Of a DNA stretch of 64,000 bases, positions 28,782 through 38,567 are shown in pieces. Both the position numbers and the translations under genes were made by a program. The stretch spans positions 4,091 to 68,090 of the forward strand of contig JAULZW010000007.1 of NCBI GenBank assembly GCA_032117235.1, given 5' to 3'. Within the stretch, counting starts at the first letter, position 1, and each line of letters begins with the position of its first letter. Under the pieces are notes generated by a model that saw only the letters and a list, made by a program, of their open reading frames with translations, did not search any database and was not told the origin of the DNA. The DNA comes from Minisyncoccota bacterium. GTDB lineage: Bacteria > Patescibacteriota > Minisyncoccia > SW-4-49-11.

Positions 28782-29116
28782 ACAAATCTAACTTGACATA
28801 CTTATAACTGTAATTATATTATATAGTATATTTAGAAAAATTTCAAATGAATTATATGAATAATGTAAAGAAAAAGCTAAACCTTAAGAAAATAATCAAA
28901 AAAGTAAGCTTTATGATTGGTTTTATAGTAATATTATTAGGGTTATTATCCTATATTATAGCACCTTTCTTTATATAAATTTTTGTAAACTCTAAGACCC
29001 ACGGATATAAAATTATTAACACATAAATTCTCACCATCTCCCGAAAAAGGAACAACGAAGTTTAAAGACAAATAAGCTCATCTATAAAATAAAAGTTTAT
29101 AACTTATACTAAAAGT

Positions 29117-29145
29117 TTGATTTATTCAAAATATTCTGTTATAAT
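29117..29145 (+). promoter_or_regulatory. Promoter TTGATT-N17-TATAAT, 10 nt upstream of tRNA-Gln.
   Basis: Read directly. The spacing to the mature tRNA 5' end is typical. Confidence 0.45.
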
Positions 29146-29155
29146 ATTTTTCAGA

Positions 29156-29227
29156 TGTCCGATCGTCTAATTGGTAGGACGACAGGTTTTGGTCCTGTTA
29201 ATCTAGGTTCGAGTCCTGGTCGGACAA
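29156..29227 (+). tRNA. tRNA-Gln (anticodon TTG). CCA is not encoded.
   Basis: Hand fold: acceptor TGTCCGA/TCGGACA with U1-A72 (a bacterial tRNA-Gln identity element), D-arm GTCT-AATTGGTA-GGAC, anticodon stem ACAGG/CCTGT with loop TTTTGGT, T-arm CTAGG-TTCGAGT-CCTGG. Confidence 0.75.
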
Positions 29228-29235
29228 CATCTTAT

Positions 29236-29682
29236 TTATTGTAATCTATCTTTATCAAAGAAAAATGCCCACCATCTCTCTGGGTTAGTTTGTGCTGGTA
29301 TTCTATTTTCAGATTGAGGGTCTCTTAGTATAGATATTAACTCTTCATTGCTTAAATTAGCTGTAATTGAACCTGGAGTAATCATCACTACTTCTTCTCC
29401 TGATTTTTTAAGATCTAACTTTTGTTTAGCTTCTCTTTCTTGATAAGCTGAAGTACTAATATATTCTTTAATCTTTTCTAGAGAGGCCGTGTCTTGCTTA
29501 ATTCTTTCAACCTGTTTGAGTAATTCTTGTTTCTCTAATTCTCTTGTATATTTTATTTTATATATATTTAATATTCTAATACTCAAAAATATAATTATAC
29601 CTATCAAAGCCAAAGTTATCAATCCATTTTTAATATTTTTTTTGGGTTTAGTTTTAGATTGATTGTATACTCTTTTCCTCAT
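29236..29682 (-). CDS. Septum formation initiator-like protein (FtsB/DivIC family).
   Basis: 148 aa. Basic N-terminus, single TM, coiled coil, then an AYQEREAKQKLDLKKSGEEVVMI motif resembling the FtsB consensus. Confidence 0.5.
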   Translation of the reverse strand: MRKRVYNQSKTKPKKNIKNGLITLALIGIIIFLSIRILNIYKIKYTRELEKQELLKQVERIKQDTASLEKIKEYISTSAYQEREAKQKLDLKKSGEEVVMITPGSITANLSNEELISILRDPQSENRIPAQTNPERWWAFFFDKDRLQ

Positions 29683-29690
29683 ATTCTATA

Positions 29691-30941
29691 TTAATAACCA
29701 CAAGTTGATGGATTAACCGCAGCTCCTTTTGGACTGGACCCAACTCTTAATGAATTAGGTAAATAAATTGTAAAATGCAAATGCGGTCCAGTAGCAAAAC
29801 CAGTATCCCCAATATCTCCTATGCGGTCTCCTCTATTAACTGTCTGACCATTAGACACTCTTTGCTGACTAAGATGTCCATAAAGTGAAAAGTAACCATC
29901 AGTATGCTTGATTACAACCCATTTACCATAAGAATCATCATTGAACCCTACACTAACTATACTACCTGAGGACGTAGCATAAACTGGGGTACCTGTTGGG
30001 GCACCAATATCTATCCCATTATGTCCTGCTCCTCTATAAGCTCCTGATTTAGCAAAAGGAGTCATTCCAAAACCTTGAGTAATTCTTCCTCCCTGTACAG
30101 GCCAAGCGTAGCCACGAGCCGAACAAACGGTTCCTCCTCCTCTTCCAAATTGTCTTAACAAAGCTGCTTCTGCATTCGCTAATTCTACCGCAGTGGATTT
30201 TCGTCGTTCTTCTAAGGACTTTTGTTGAGAGTTTAAACTATTTAGACTAGCACTTAGTTGATTTACTGTTATTTCTGAGGCTTTAGCTTTGTTTTGTACA
30301 CTGTTTTTACTATTCTCAATGGACTCTTTAGTATCTTCTAATGCACCTTGTGTTGAAGCTAAGGTAGCTTTTTGATTAGCTAAATTTTGATTAGTAATAT
30401 CTAAAGAAGTTTTCTTCTCTATAACCTCATCCAATAATGTCTGTATTTTCATCTGAACAGTATTGGAATACTCAATAAAACTAAAGACATCAGATAATTT
30501 ATCTGCACTAACTACGGCTACAACTTCATTGCGAACTAAAGAACTTTTATAAAGACTCTCTACTAAACTTTTAATTGTATCTTTATTAGAAGATATTTCG
30601 GCTTCTAATTCTTGTATATTTTTAGTGGTTTGCTGAATATTATTATCCGTCTCATTAATTTTCTGCCCCACCTCTACCAGTTGACCTTGTAGCTTTTTAA
30701 TGTCTGAATTAATATTATTAATTTGTTGTTTCAGATTATTAACTTCTGCCTCTTTACTAGATTTTTGTTGAGCAGTTTGATTTTTTTTATTCTGAATATC
30801 TTGAATTTGTTTTTCTAACTGTTTGATTTGAGCGTTTTTAGAATTAATTTCAGATTGACTAACTGCTGAAACGAAAGATACTTTTTGTATAAAAACAAAG
30901 CTTAAAATTATAGCAAAACTGAGTATATATCTTAATTTCAT
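29691..30941 (-). CDS. Coiled-coil M23 family metallopeptidase (EnvC/LytM-like murein hydrolase or activator).
   Basis: 416 aa. Signal peptide and a long coiled coil. C-terminal LytM domain with HNGIDIGAP ... HLHF Zn ligands. Confidence 0.8.
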   Translation of the reverse strand: MKLRYILSFAIILSFVFIQKVSFVSAVSQSEINSKNAQIKQLEKQIQDIQNKKNQTAQQKSSKEAEVNNLKQQINNINSDIKKLQGQLVEVGQKINETDNNIQQTTKNIQELEAEISSNKDTIKSLVESLYKSSLVRNEVVAVVSADKLSDVFSFIEYSNTVQMKIQTLLDEVIEKKTSLDITNQNLANQKATLASTQGALEDTKESIENSKNSVQNKAKASEITVNQLSASLNSLNSQQKSLEERRKSTAVELANAEAALLRQFGRGGGTVCSARGYAWPVQGGRITQGFGMTPFAKSGAYRGAGHNGIDIGAPTGTPVYATSSGSIVSVGFNDDSYGKWVVIKHTDGYFSLYGHLSQQRVSNGQTVNRGDRIGDIGDTGFATGPHLHFTIYLPNSLRVGSSPKGAAVNPSTCGY

Positions 30942-30989
30942 ATTGTATTAGATTTGTTATAAAAATATTAATAAAATATTTTTATTTTC

Positions 30990-32420
30990 CTAAGAGAGTA
31001 GTTTAACCGCATATTGTATGCGACGAATTGATTCATCTTTTCCTAATATGGCTATCATTTCAAATGGGGACGGTGACTTTTCTCTACCTGACAAGGAGAC
31101 TCTCAACGGCCATAAAATCTCTCCCATTTGTTTATTTTCTGCTTGTATATTATGTTTTATAAAGTTCTCAATTTCAGATGTCTCAATATCTTTTATATTA
31201 TACAATAATCTTTGACTACACTCAAGACTAGCTCTAATTTGCTCCTTATTCATCTCTTTATAAACTAATATTTGAGGGTTATAGATTGGTTGTTTCCAAA
31301 AAAAGTCTATCTCCTTGCCTATATCTGAGAATTTTTTGATTCGCTGTATTTCAAGTTTTATAATTTGAGTTAATTGTTTTTCAGTCCACTGACTAAGCTC
31401 AAAACCATTTTTAATTAAATATTGTCTACCTAACTCTAATTGCTTTTCTTGGCTTAATTGCCTGATATAATGGGAGTTGATTGAGTCTAACTTTTGAATA
31501 TTGAATATAGCCCCACTTTTTTGCACTCGCTTCAAACTAAACTTCGCGATTATTTCACCTAAAGTATAGTACTCTCTATCGTTGCCTTCATTCCAACCTA
31601 ACAAAGCTAAGAAATTGACTAGAGCTTCAGGTAAATATCCTTGTTCTCTATATTCTCTGATTGAGGTAGCTCCGAATCTTTTTGACATTTTGGATTTATC
31701 TGGAGCTAAAATTAGTGGTAAATGAGCGAATTGCTTAGGCTTAAACCCTAAAGCCTGATTAATTAATATCTGCTTTGGGGTGTTAGCAATATGATCATCT
31801 CCTCTAATAATATGTGTTATTTGCATTAACTCATCATCTATCACCACTACAAAATTATATAGTGGATAGCCTAAATTCTTAGCTATCACAAAATCTCCTA
31901 AAAGTGAGTTATCGAATTCTATTTTACCTCTTATTTTATCTTCAAAAATAATTTTACTGTCTGGCACTTTGAATCTAAGCACTGATTGCTCAGTTGGTTC
32001 AACTTTTTGCTCTCTATATGGAGACCTTAGCACAAATTGTTTATTGGCTTGTTCGGCTTCCATTTTCATTGTCTCTAATTCTGTCTCTGTCAAATTACAC
32101 CAATAAGCATCTCCTCTAGCTATTAATTGCTCTAAATATGGTTTGTACGTATTGCTTCTATGACTTTGGCGATATGGTCCTAAATCCCCCAATTCACCCT
32201 TGGATGAAACACCTTCATCTGGAATTAAACCTAGCCACTCTAAGCCTTCAACAATATCTTGTTCTGATTCTTTAGTAGACCTTGCAATGTCTGTGTCTTC
32301 AATTCTAATTATAAATTTTCCTTGTTGATTTTTGGCATATAAATAATTAAATAAGGCAGTTCTAGCTGTTCCTATGTGTAAATTACCTGTCGGAGAAGGA
32401 GCTATTCTAGTTTTTATCAT
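30990..32420 (-). CDS. gltX: Glutamyl-tRNA synthetase.
   Basis: 476 aa. HIGH motif (PSPTGNLHIGTA), KMSKR-like motif, class I catalytic core. Confidence 0.9.
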   Translation of the reverse strand: MIKTRIAPSPTGNLHIGTARTALFNYLYAKNQQGKFIIRIEDTDIARSTKESEQDIVEGLEWLGLIPDEGVSSKGELGDLGPYRQSHRSNTYKPYLEQLIARGDAYWCNLTETELETMKMEAEQANKQFVLRSPYREQKVEPTEQSVLRFKVPDSKIIFEDKIRGKIEFDNSLLGDFVIAKNLGYPLYNFVVVIDDELMQITHIIRGDDHIANTPKQILINQALGFKPKQFAHLPLILAPDKSKMSKRFGATSIREYREQGYLPEALVNFLALLGWNEGNDREYYTLGEIIAKFSLKRVQKSGAIFNIQKLDSINSHYIRQLSQEKQLELGRQYLIKNGFELSQWTEKQLTQIIKLEIQRIKKFSDIGKEIDFFWKQPIYNPQILVYKEMNKEQIRASLECSQRLLYNIKDIETSEIENFIKHNIQAENKQMGEILWPLRVSLSGREKSPSPFEMIAILGKDESIRRIQYAVKLLS

Positions 32421-32462
32421 AAACTTAATTTTATAATTCTGATTATATTATAGCATATATAT

Positions 32463-33350
32463 TTACTTTCGTATAAAGTTGAAAGTGTCTCTTAATATCA
32501 ATCCTGTTATAAAAATACTTGATAACATATACACTAATCCTCTACCCAATATACTTTTATAATACCATTTTACAAAATATCTATTAAATCCTCTTTGCCA
32601 ATATAATCTTTTACTGATATTCCATAATTTTTTGGTACTTGCTCCATGATAATGGTACATTTTAGAATCGGCTAAATAATAGGTTCTATGACCTCTTGAT
32701 TGTAAATTTTTAGATAAATCTACATCATTGAAAAATAACCAATAATCCGAATTACCATCAAATCCCCCTATTTCTTGCATAATTTGACTTCTAATCATAA
32801 TAGCTGAAGCCATTGGTTGCTCACATTCTTGGCTTTGAGTATAGTCAAAATCATCATCCCACTTCAACTTTAAGATAGAATTTAATATATGCCTTAAAGT
32901 AGGTAATTTACGACAACTTTTTTGAATTTTACCGTCTGGATATTGTAATTGTGGAGCTACCATCGTATATTCAGGATGCTTATCTAGGTACTGAACTAGA
33001 TTATTTATACTGTATGGTTGTATTACAATATCTTGATTAAGCCAAAGAGTATATTCGCCTTCAATATACTCTAAAGCTACATTATTACCGACCGCATAAC
33101 CTAAATTAGCACTATTTTTTATAATATTTAGTTGAGCTTTATTTTTATCCCAATTTTGTTGTAAATTTTCTAAATATTCAATTGTATTATCTTTAGAAGC
33201 ATTGTCTACTATAATTAACTGGTAATATTCTGTATAATTTTTAATAATTGAATGTATACAGTTTTGTAAATCTTTTTGGTTATTCCAAGCTAAAATTACA
33301 ATAGATAATTTTGGTTGCTTCATAGTGGAGATTTTATATAATCTTTCCAA
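32463..33350 (-). CDS. Glycosyltransferase family 2.
   Basis: 295 aa. LSIVILAWN...VDNASKDNT (GT-A DxD region). Confidence 0.75.
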   Translation of the reverse strand: MERLYKISTMKQPKLSIVILAWNNQKDLQNCIHSIIKNYTEYYQLIIVDNASKDNTIEYLENLQQNWDKNKAQLNIIKNSANLGYAVGNNVALEYIEGEYTLWLNQDIVIQPYSINNLVQYLDKHPEYTMVAPQLQYPDGKIQKSCRKLPTLRHILNSILKLKWDDDFDYTQSQECEQPMASAIMIRSQIMQEIGGFDGNSDYWLFFNDVDLSKNLQSRGHRTYYLADSKMYHYHGASTKKLWNISKRLYWQRGFNRYFVKWYYKSILGRGLVYMLSSIFITGLILRDTFNFIRK

Positions 33351-33997
33351 ATTTTAAATAATTCTCCAGTAGCTATTACATCTCTCATACAATATTCGGC
33401 TATTTGCTGATACTTTCCTTGATTAAATAGTTCTGGAACATCTAGTCCTGTAATACCTTCACTTTTAGGACTAATTATTCCAAATCTTTTACAAAAGTAA
33501 TCTAAATTAAATTTTTTAGTTGAATTATAAAATGTTAATTGGTCAAATAAATCTATATGCTCTTTATCTGAATAGCGATAAGGAATTAGATTTTTGGTAG
33601 GTTTGATTTTATGTACTGCAGATCTCATCAAAATATAGGGACAATCAAACCCTCTCCCATTAAAAGTTACAAAAGTATTATATTTTCGAATAGTAGCCCA
33701 AAATTTTTCCAATATTTCCGCCTCAGTACCTACTAGATAATGAACACTTTCCTTCTCATATCTTTCTTCTAAATTTCCTTCTGGAGCCTGTAAATAAACA
33801 CTTTTGATATCTTTGTCTGGATCATATAAGCCAATAGCTACAATTTGTCCAGTTAGTGGATATAAACCTAAAGTTGTTTTGACTATTTCTTGAGCTTCTT
33901 CTGTCTCAGCGTATTTTAATAAATACCTTTGTGTTTCTAGATCTATGGTATCCCAACTATCTCCAATGGTTTCTATATCAAAGACTAAATGTGACAT
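33320..33997 (-). CDS. Predicted DEDDy-type 3'-5' exonuclease (PolB-exonuclease-like, RNase H fold).
   Basis: 225 aa. Exo I FDIETIG, Exo II NGRGFDCPYI, Exo III YCMRDV. Confidence 0.5.
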   Translation of the reverse strand: MSHLVFDIETIGDSWDTIDLETQRYLLKYAETEEAQEIVKTTLGLYPLTGQIVAIGLYDPDKDIKSVYLQAPEGNLEERYEKESVHYLVGTEAEILEKFWATIRKYNTFVTFNGRGFDCPYILMRSAVHKIKPTKNLIPYRYSDKEHIDLFDQLTFYNSTKKFNLDYFCKRFGIISPKSEGITGLDVPELFNQGKYQQIAEYCMRDVIATGELFKIWKDYIKSPL

Positions 33998-34008
33998 ATA
34001 TCTGTATG

Positions 34009-34752
34009 TTATTTGTATTCTTGTATTATACTGTATTTTTGGATAAATTCATATATTTCATTAAATACTTCCAGTTTACGTCTATCTAAATTTACTAGAT
34101 GATATGAATCTTGTACCCTCATAATATGAATGTTGTTTGATGGGGTTTTTAGTCTTTTTTGGAATAGGGATAAATTATAATCAGGAACTATATGATCAGT
34201 TGTAGATTGAATTAAAAGTATAGGTAAATCTATATTCTGAACATATTTTTGTCTTATCTTCCTAGTTAACAAACATACTTGAGCTGCAGAGCTTATTGGA
34301 AAATATTTATAAGCACCTTTACGTGAAAGAGATATATTTTGTATTCTTTCGTCCGTAAAAGGATTCTTCCTATGTACTAGATATGGGATATATTTCAAAA
34401 AATAGGCAAAATAGCGTAATATAAAAGGTATCTTTATTTTAAGTGGAGTACCAATAGTAATCACTCCAGCTACTTTATACTTTGAAGCCAAATATAGTGC
34501 CAACTGTCCTCCCATAGACAAACCCCCAACAAAAATATAATCCCATTTTTTTACAACTTCTAAATAAGTTTCTTCTGCTTGTTTTAACCAGTCCTCATGT
34601 GTGACTCCGTGCAAATCTGATGGTTTAGTGTTATGCCCTTTGAGATTGATACTATGATACTCTATATTATATTGCTTTAGATACTCTATCATTTCCTGTA
34701 AGTCATCTTTTGTTGAAGCCCATGCTGGAAACCATAATACTCCTATTTTCAT
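34009..34752 (-). CDS. Alpha/beta-hydrolase fold esterase/lipase.
   Basis: 247 aa. Nucleophile elbow GLSMGG (GxSxG), C-terminal His. Confidence 0.65.
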   Translation of the reverse strand: MKIGVLWFPAWASTKDDLQEMIEYLKQYNIEYHSINLKGHNTKPSDLHGVTHEDWLKQAEETYLEVVKKWDYIFVGGLSMGGQLALYLASKYKVAGVITIGTPLKIKIPFILRYFAYFLKYIPYLVHRKNPFTDERIQNISLSRKGAYKYFPISSAAQVCLLTRKIRQKYVQNIDLPILLIQSTTDHIVPDYNLSLFQKRLKTPSNNIHIMRVQDSYHLVNLDRRKLEVFNEIYEFIQKYSIIQEYK

Positions 34753-34760
34753 ATATTTAA

Positions 34761-35927
34761 TTAACCTTCAAAAGATCTAATATAATACATCATTTCTAAA
34801 TAAAATTGTAAGTTATGACGGCTCAAATACTCCATTGCATATTGTTCTTTGACATTATATAGATGCCTGATATAGGCTCGGCTATAATCTTGAGAGCCTT
34901 GCCATTCAGCGTAAGGATCAATTGTGCTAATATCTTCTCTATATATTAGATTTTGAATTTTGAGAATATCAAAGAATTTATTTACTGGAAGTCTAGCTTC
35001 ATTTTGAGTTTGCTGTAAATCTCTTAAATATTGATGTACCTCTTGCTCCTTATTAGCTGATTTCCAAATATAAACTGTTCCATGACGAGCTTCTCTAGTA
35101 GGGATAACACAATCAAACATATCCACTCCAAGTGAAGTAGCATAGGCTATCTCTTCAGGCTTACCAAGTCCCATCAAATATCGTGGTTTATCATCTGGTA
35201 AAAGAGGAGCCGTCCATTGTATAACTTTTAATACTTCTGCTCGTGATTCTCCCACTGAAACTCCACCAATAGCATATCCATCAAAACCAATGGTTTGCAA
35301 TTGACTTAAGCTTAATTTTCTTAAATCTTCATATACACCTCCCTGTACAATACCAAATAAAAGTGGTTTGGTATTATCTGGTCGAGGATTAGTTTTTAAC
35401 AACCTTTCTAATTCATCTTTGGACCTTTTTGCCCACCTAGTAGTTAATTCTAAAGATTTTAAGATATATTCTCTGGATGAACCTCCGGGAGGACATTCAT
35501 CTAAGACCATAATAATATCACTCCCTAGATAATACTGCGTACGAATTGACTCTTCTGGACTTAATAAATGTTCACTACCATCTATATGAGATCTAAAATA
35601 AACACCTTCTTCTGTAATTTTATTAATTTTAGATAAACTAAATACTTGAAAGCCTCCACTATCAGTTAAAATAGCCTTAGGCCAATTTGTAAACTGATGC
35701 AGACCTCCCAACTTATAGACCAACTCATATCCTGGCTTTAGATAAAGATGATAAGTATTCATCAATATAATATCTGTATTAAATTGAGAATTCATCTCTT
35801 GATTTCCAACTCCCCTAATACTACCTTTAGTAGCTACTGGCATAAAAAACGGTGTATGTAATTTACTATGTACAGCATCTAAAACTCCATGTCTTAAGTT
35901 ATAGCATTTATATTTAAGTTCAAACAT
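34761..35927 (-). CDS. tgt: Queuine tRNA-ribosyltransferase.
   Basis: 388 aa. FMPVATKGS, TDSGGFQVFSL catalytic Asp region, C-terminal Zn site partly retained. Confidence 0.85.
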   Translation of the reverse strand: MFELKYKCYNLRHGVLDAVHSKLHTPFFMPVATKGSIRGVGNQEMNSQFNTDIILMNTYHLYLKPGYELVYKLGGLHQFTNWPKAILTDSGGFQVFSLSKINKITEEGVYFRSHIDGSEHLLSPEESIRTQYYLGSDIIMVLDECPPGGSSREYILKSLELTTRWAKRSKDELERLLKTNPRPDNTKPLLFGIVQGGVYEDLRKLSLSQLQTIGFDGYAIGGVSVGESRAEVLKVIQWTAPLLPDDKPRYLMGLGKPEEIAYATSLGVDMFDCVIPTREARHGTVYIWKSANKEQEVHQYLRDLQQTQNEARLPVNKFFDILKIQNLIYREDISTIDPYAEWQGSQDYSRAYIRHLYNVKEQYAMEYLSRHNLQFYLEMMYYIRSFEG

Positions 35928-35929
35928 AA

Positions 35930-37816
35930 TTACTCCTCTACACTTATATCTCCACTGAAATCACTTACTGATGGTACATCTAAAATACCTGATAAATCTT
36001 TTCCTGTAAAGTCATCTTTCCCTGTATAGTTGATTCTACTTAGTAATTGTGGGGTTTTTCCTACTTGATTAATAGCAGGAGTAATTCCAATTTGAAACAC
36101 AGCTCTATATAAAGGCCTTAAAAGTCCAATATTAGCTGGGACTTTACCTAAATTCCAAGTAATTTCTTTGGTCCTCTCATTATAAGTTACTTCTCCATTA
36201 GTAGTAATTGTTTTACCAGTCCAACTGACATTGTCTGGTAAGGATGTTCTAAATGCAACTCCAGAAACATCGTTGGTTAAGTTTTGGACCTCTAAACTAA
36301 CTGAAAAAGTAGTTGTTTGGGCTAATTTCAACGGAATGGGTCCAGTATTAATAATGGAGCTATCTTTACTAACATAAGAGATTGTAGCTTTAGGTATAAT
36401 TCTAGTAGCTAATTTAACCTCACTGGAATTTCCTTGAATTAGTTTATTGACTCCTAATGTAGTAGGCACTTCATCACTTTCAAAAGTTACATTGGTTTTA
36501 ATAATATAATTCACATCTTGAAAGTTTTCAATAGGAATGTTTCTTTTTACAGGAATATTAAAGGTAACTTCTCCTTGTTCATTTGGACCAAAAGTTTTAA
36601 GTTGAGGGATGGTATTTGCTCTCCATATAATAGTATTTGTACTAGCATCGAAATCAGCACCTTTGGCATTTAATTTACTTAAATCTAATAACCTACTATC
36701 TAATTGAACTCGTAGAGAACCTTCCCCTATTCTGACTTGAGTATTATTCTTAAATGTAATATTATATTCTAAACTATCCCCCGCAGATACCACTCCAGTA
36801 TTAACTTTTTGCACAATATTGACATAAGGTGATCCAAGAGTAGTAGATTTTTGAGTATTAGAATAGAGAGTAAAAGCACCTTGTCTAGATTCTCCTATTT
36901 TAGCCTTTATAATTTTGATTTCTTGTTGACTACCACCTAAATTACCTGCTATAGTAAATTCATAAGAGGCTTTAGATTTTAAACTTGGAATTAAAAATAT
37001 GTTCTTTGAATTACCAGTAGCTGGGATTGTTGAGGAGGTAAAAGCAAATGTATCAGGATATTCTAATTGTAATTCTAAATTACTCAAATCATTATTCCCT
37101 TTGTTATTAACAGATATTACATAATTAACAGTATCGCCACTAACACTTTGTAGCGGAGCTTGAATGTCTACTATTACTGGGCTATCCGCAATTGTAGTTG
37201 CAAATTCAGTTTTAGAATCAAAACTAGAAGTTAATATCGTGGGTACATAATTTAGCGTAGCTTTAATAGTATGAATACTACCTAATTCACCTATTAATCT
37301 ACCTTTAATTATAATCTCTCCTTTAGAACGAGGACTTAATTCTGGTAATTCATATTCTCTAATTTCAGATTTAGTCTGACCCAGTATGTCTAAAGATGAG
37401 TCTATTAATGCATTTGGAACTTCTACTGTAATTTTTGTGTTTTTTAATGCTACTAGATTATCATTTCTGTATGTTAAAGTATATGAGACATCTTCTCCAG
37501 CTGAGACTTGATTAGAACCCGTAATTTCCAATATTACTCTTTTATCTGAGAATCTTTGTTGATTTAATTGATACAAGAAACCTATAATAATAGCAATACC
37601 CACTAATCCAGTTAAAATAATACTGTAAAGTGTGATTTTTTTCTTATGCTTTTGAAAAAAAGGTTGCTCTGGTTCCTCAACTGGCTTAAACTCAGTAGGG
37701 ATAGGGGCATTATGTTTAGCATAGACACTATATGGAGTATTATGAATTCTTTCTTTATCTAGCTCAGCTTGATTTTCTTTTTTATAAATTTTTTTCTCAA
37801 TCTCTTCTAATGTCAT
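35930..37816 (-). CDS. Large membrane-anchored surface protein with beta-rich repeat domains (DUF11/CARDB-like).
   Basis: 628 aa. Cytoplasmic N-terminus of about 60 aa, one TM, then about 540 aa of extracellular Thr/Ser/Asn/Gly-rich repeats. No catalytic motif recognised. Confidence 0.4.
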   Translation of the reverse strand: MTLEEIEKKIYKKENQAELDKERIHNTPYSVYAKHNAPIPTEFKPVEEPEQPFFQKHKKKITLYSIILTGLVGIAIIIGFLYQLNQQRFSDKRVILEITGSNQVSAGEDVSYTLTYRNDNLVALKNTKITVEVPNALIDSSLDILGQTKSEIREYELPELSPRSKGEIIIKGRLIGELGSIHTIKATLNYVPTILTSSFDSKTEFATTIADSPVIVDIQAPLQSVSGDTVNYVISVNNKGNNDLSNLELQLEYPDTFAFTSSTIPATGNSKNIFLIPSLKSKASYEFTIAGNLGGSQQEIKIIKAKIGESRQGAFTLYSNTQKSTTLGSPYVNIVQKVNTGVVSAGDSLEYNITFKNNTQVRIGEGSLRVQLDSRLLDLSKLNAKGADFDASTNTIIWRANTIPQLKTFGPNEQGEVTFNIPVKRNIPIENFQDVNYIIKTNVTFESDEVPTTLGVNKLIQGNSSEVKLATRIIPKATISYVSKDSSIINTGPIPLKLAQTTTFSVSLEVQNLTNDVSGVAFRTSLPDNVSWTGKTITTNGEVTYNERTKEITWNLGKVPANIGLLRPLYRAVFQIGITPAINQVGKTPQLLSRINYTGKDDFTGKDLSGILDVPSVSDFSGDISVEE

Positions 37817-37859
37817 ATGTTTATTTTATTTATATCTAAACTTAATTATATCATATTTA

Positions 37860-38564
37860 TTAAATAATATTCAAGGAATTGCTTTTTAAGCCATACCAAT
37901 GCAGTTGATGCTGTACAAGATTCCATGGAAACTCTTTAACTTCTATCCAAACACCTTTTTGCCATTGTCTCAATACATAAATCAAATCGCTATTGATAGA
38001 CATATAATCTTCAAATTCAGACTTTAACTCAGATACAACTAAACCTCCAGCACGAATACTAATACCAAAATCCTTTGATTTAGTAGCTCCAGTTACAACA
38101 CAATGTGATAAGTTTATCCCATACCCCAGAGTATACAATAATCTCATTAATAGCCATCCAATTAAAATCTGATACTGAATAGAATGTTTTTTCACTAAAT
38201 CTACATATTGTTCAATGCATTCAAAAACATTTATATCACTATGATTCTCATCAGTTAACTGATCTAAAAGTTCAAATATAATTCCCATCAAAGCAGTTGA
38301 TTTTAAATCTAAATATAAATCAGAATAAGAATCTATATCTTTAATAGCAATTAAGCGAGCAGTATTCCTTCCAATAATAAATTCTATCTCGGATTTTCCC
38401 CAATCATATAATCGATATTGTAGCTTTGAAGTTGGTTTCTTTATACCCTTTAATAGTAGGGTTTGTTTACCATAATTTTTTGTATAAAAAACCCCTAATC
38501 TATCCACATCAGGTAAATCTATTTGTTTAATTAAATAGGCCTCACTACCGTGTATAGTAGCCAT
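37860..38564 (-). CDS. recO: DNA repair protein RecO-like.
   Basis: 234 aa. N-terminal OB-fold pattern (AYLIKQIDLPDVDRLGVFYTKNYGKQTLLLKGIKK) similar to RecO. The C-terminal Zn finger is apparently absent. Confidence 0.45.
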   Translation of the reverse strand: MATIHGSEAYLIKQIDLPDVDRLGVFYTKNYGKQTLLLKGIKKPTSKLQYRLYDWGKSEIEFIIGRNTARLIAIKDIDSYSDLYLDLKSTALMGIIFELLDQLTDENHSDINVFECIEQYVDLVKKHSIQYQILIGWLLMRLLYTLGYGINLSHCVVTGATKSKDFGISIRAGGLVVSELKSEFEDYMSINSDLIYVLRQWQKGVWIEVKEFPWNLVQHQLHWYGLKSNSLNII

Positions 38565-38567
38565 AAA

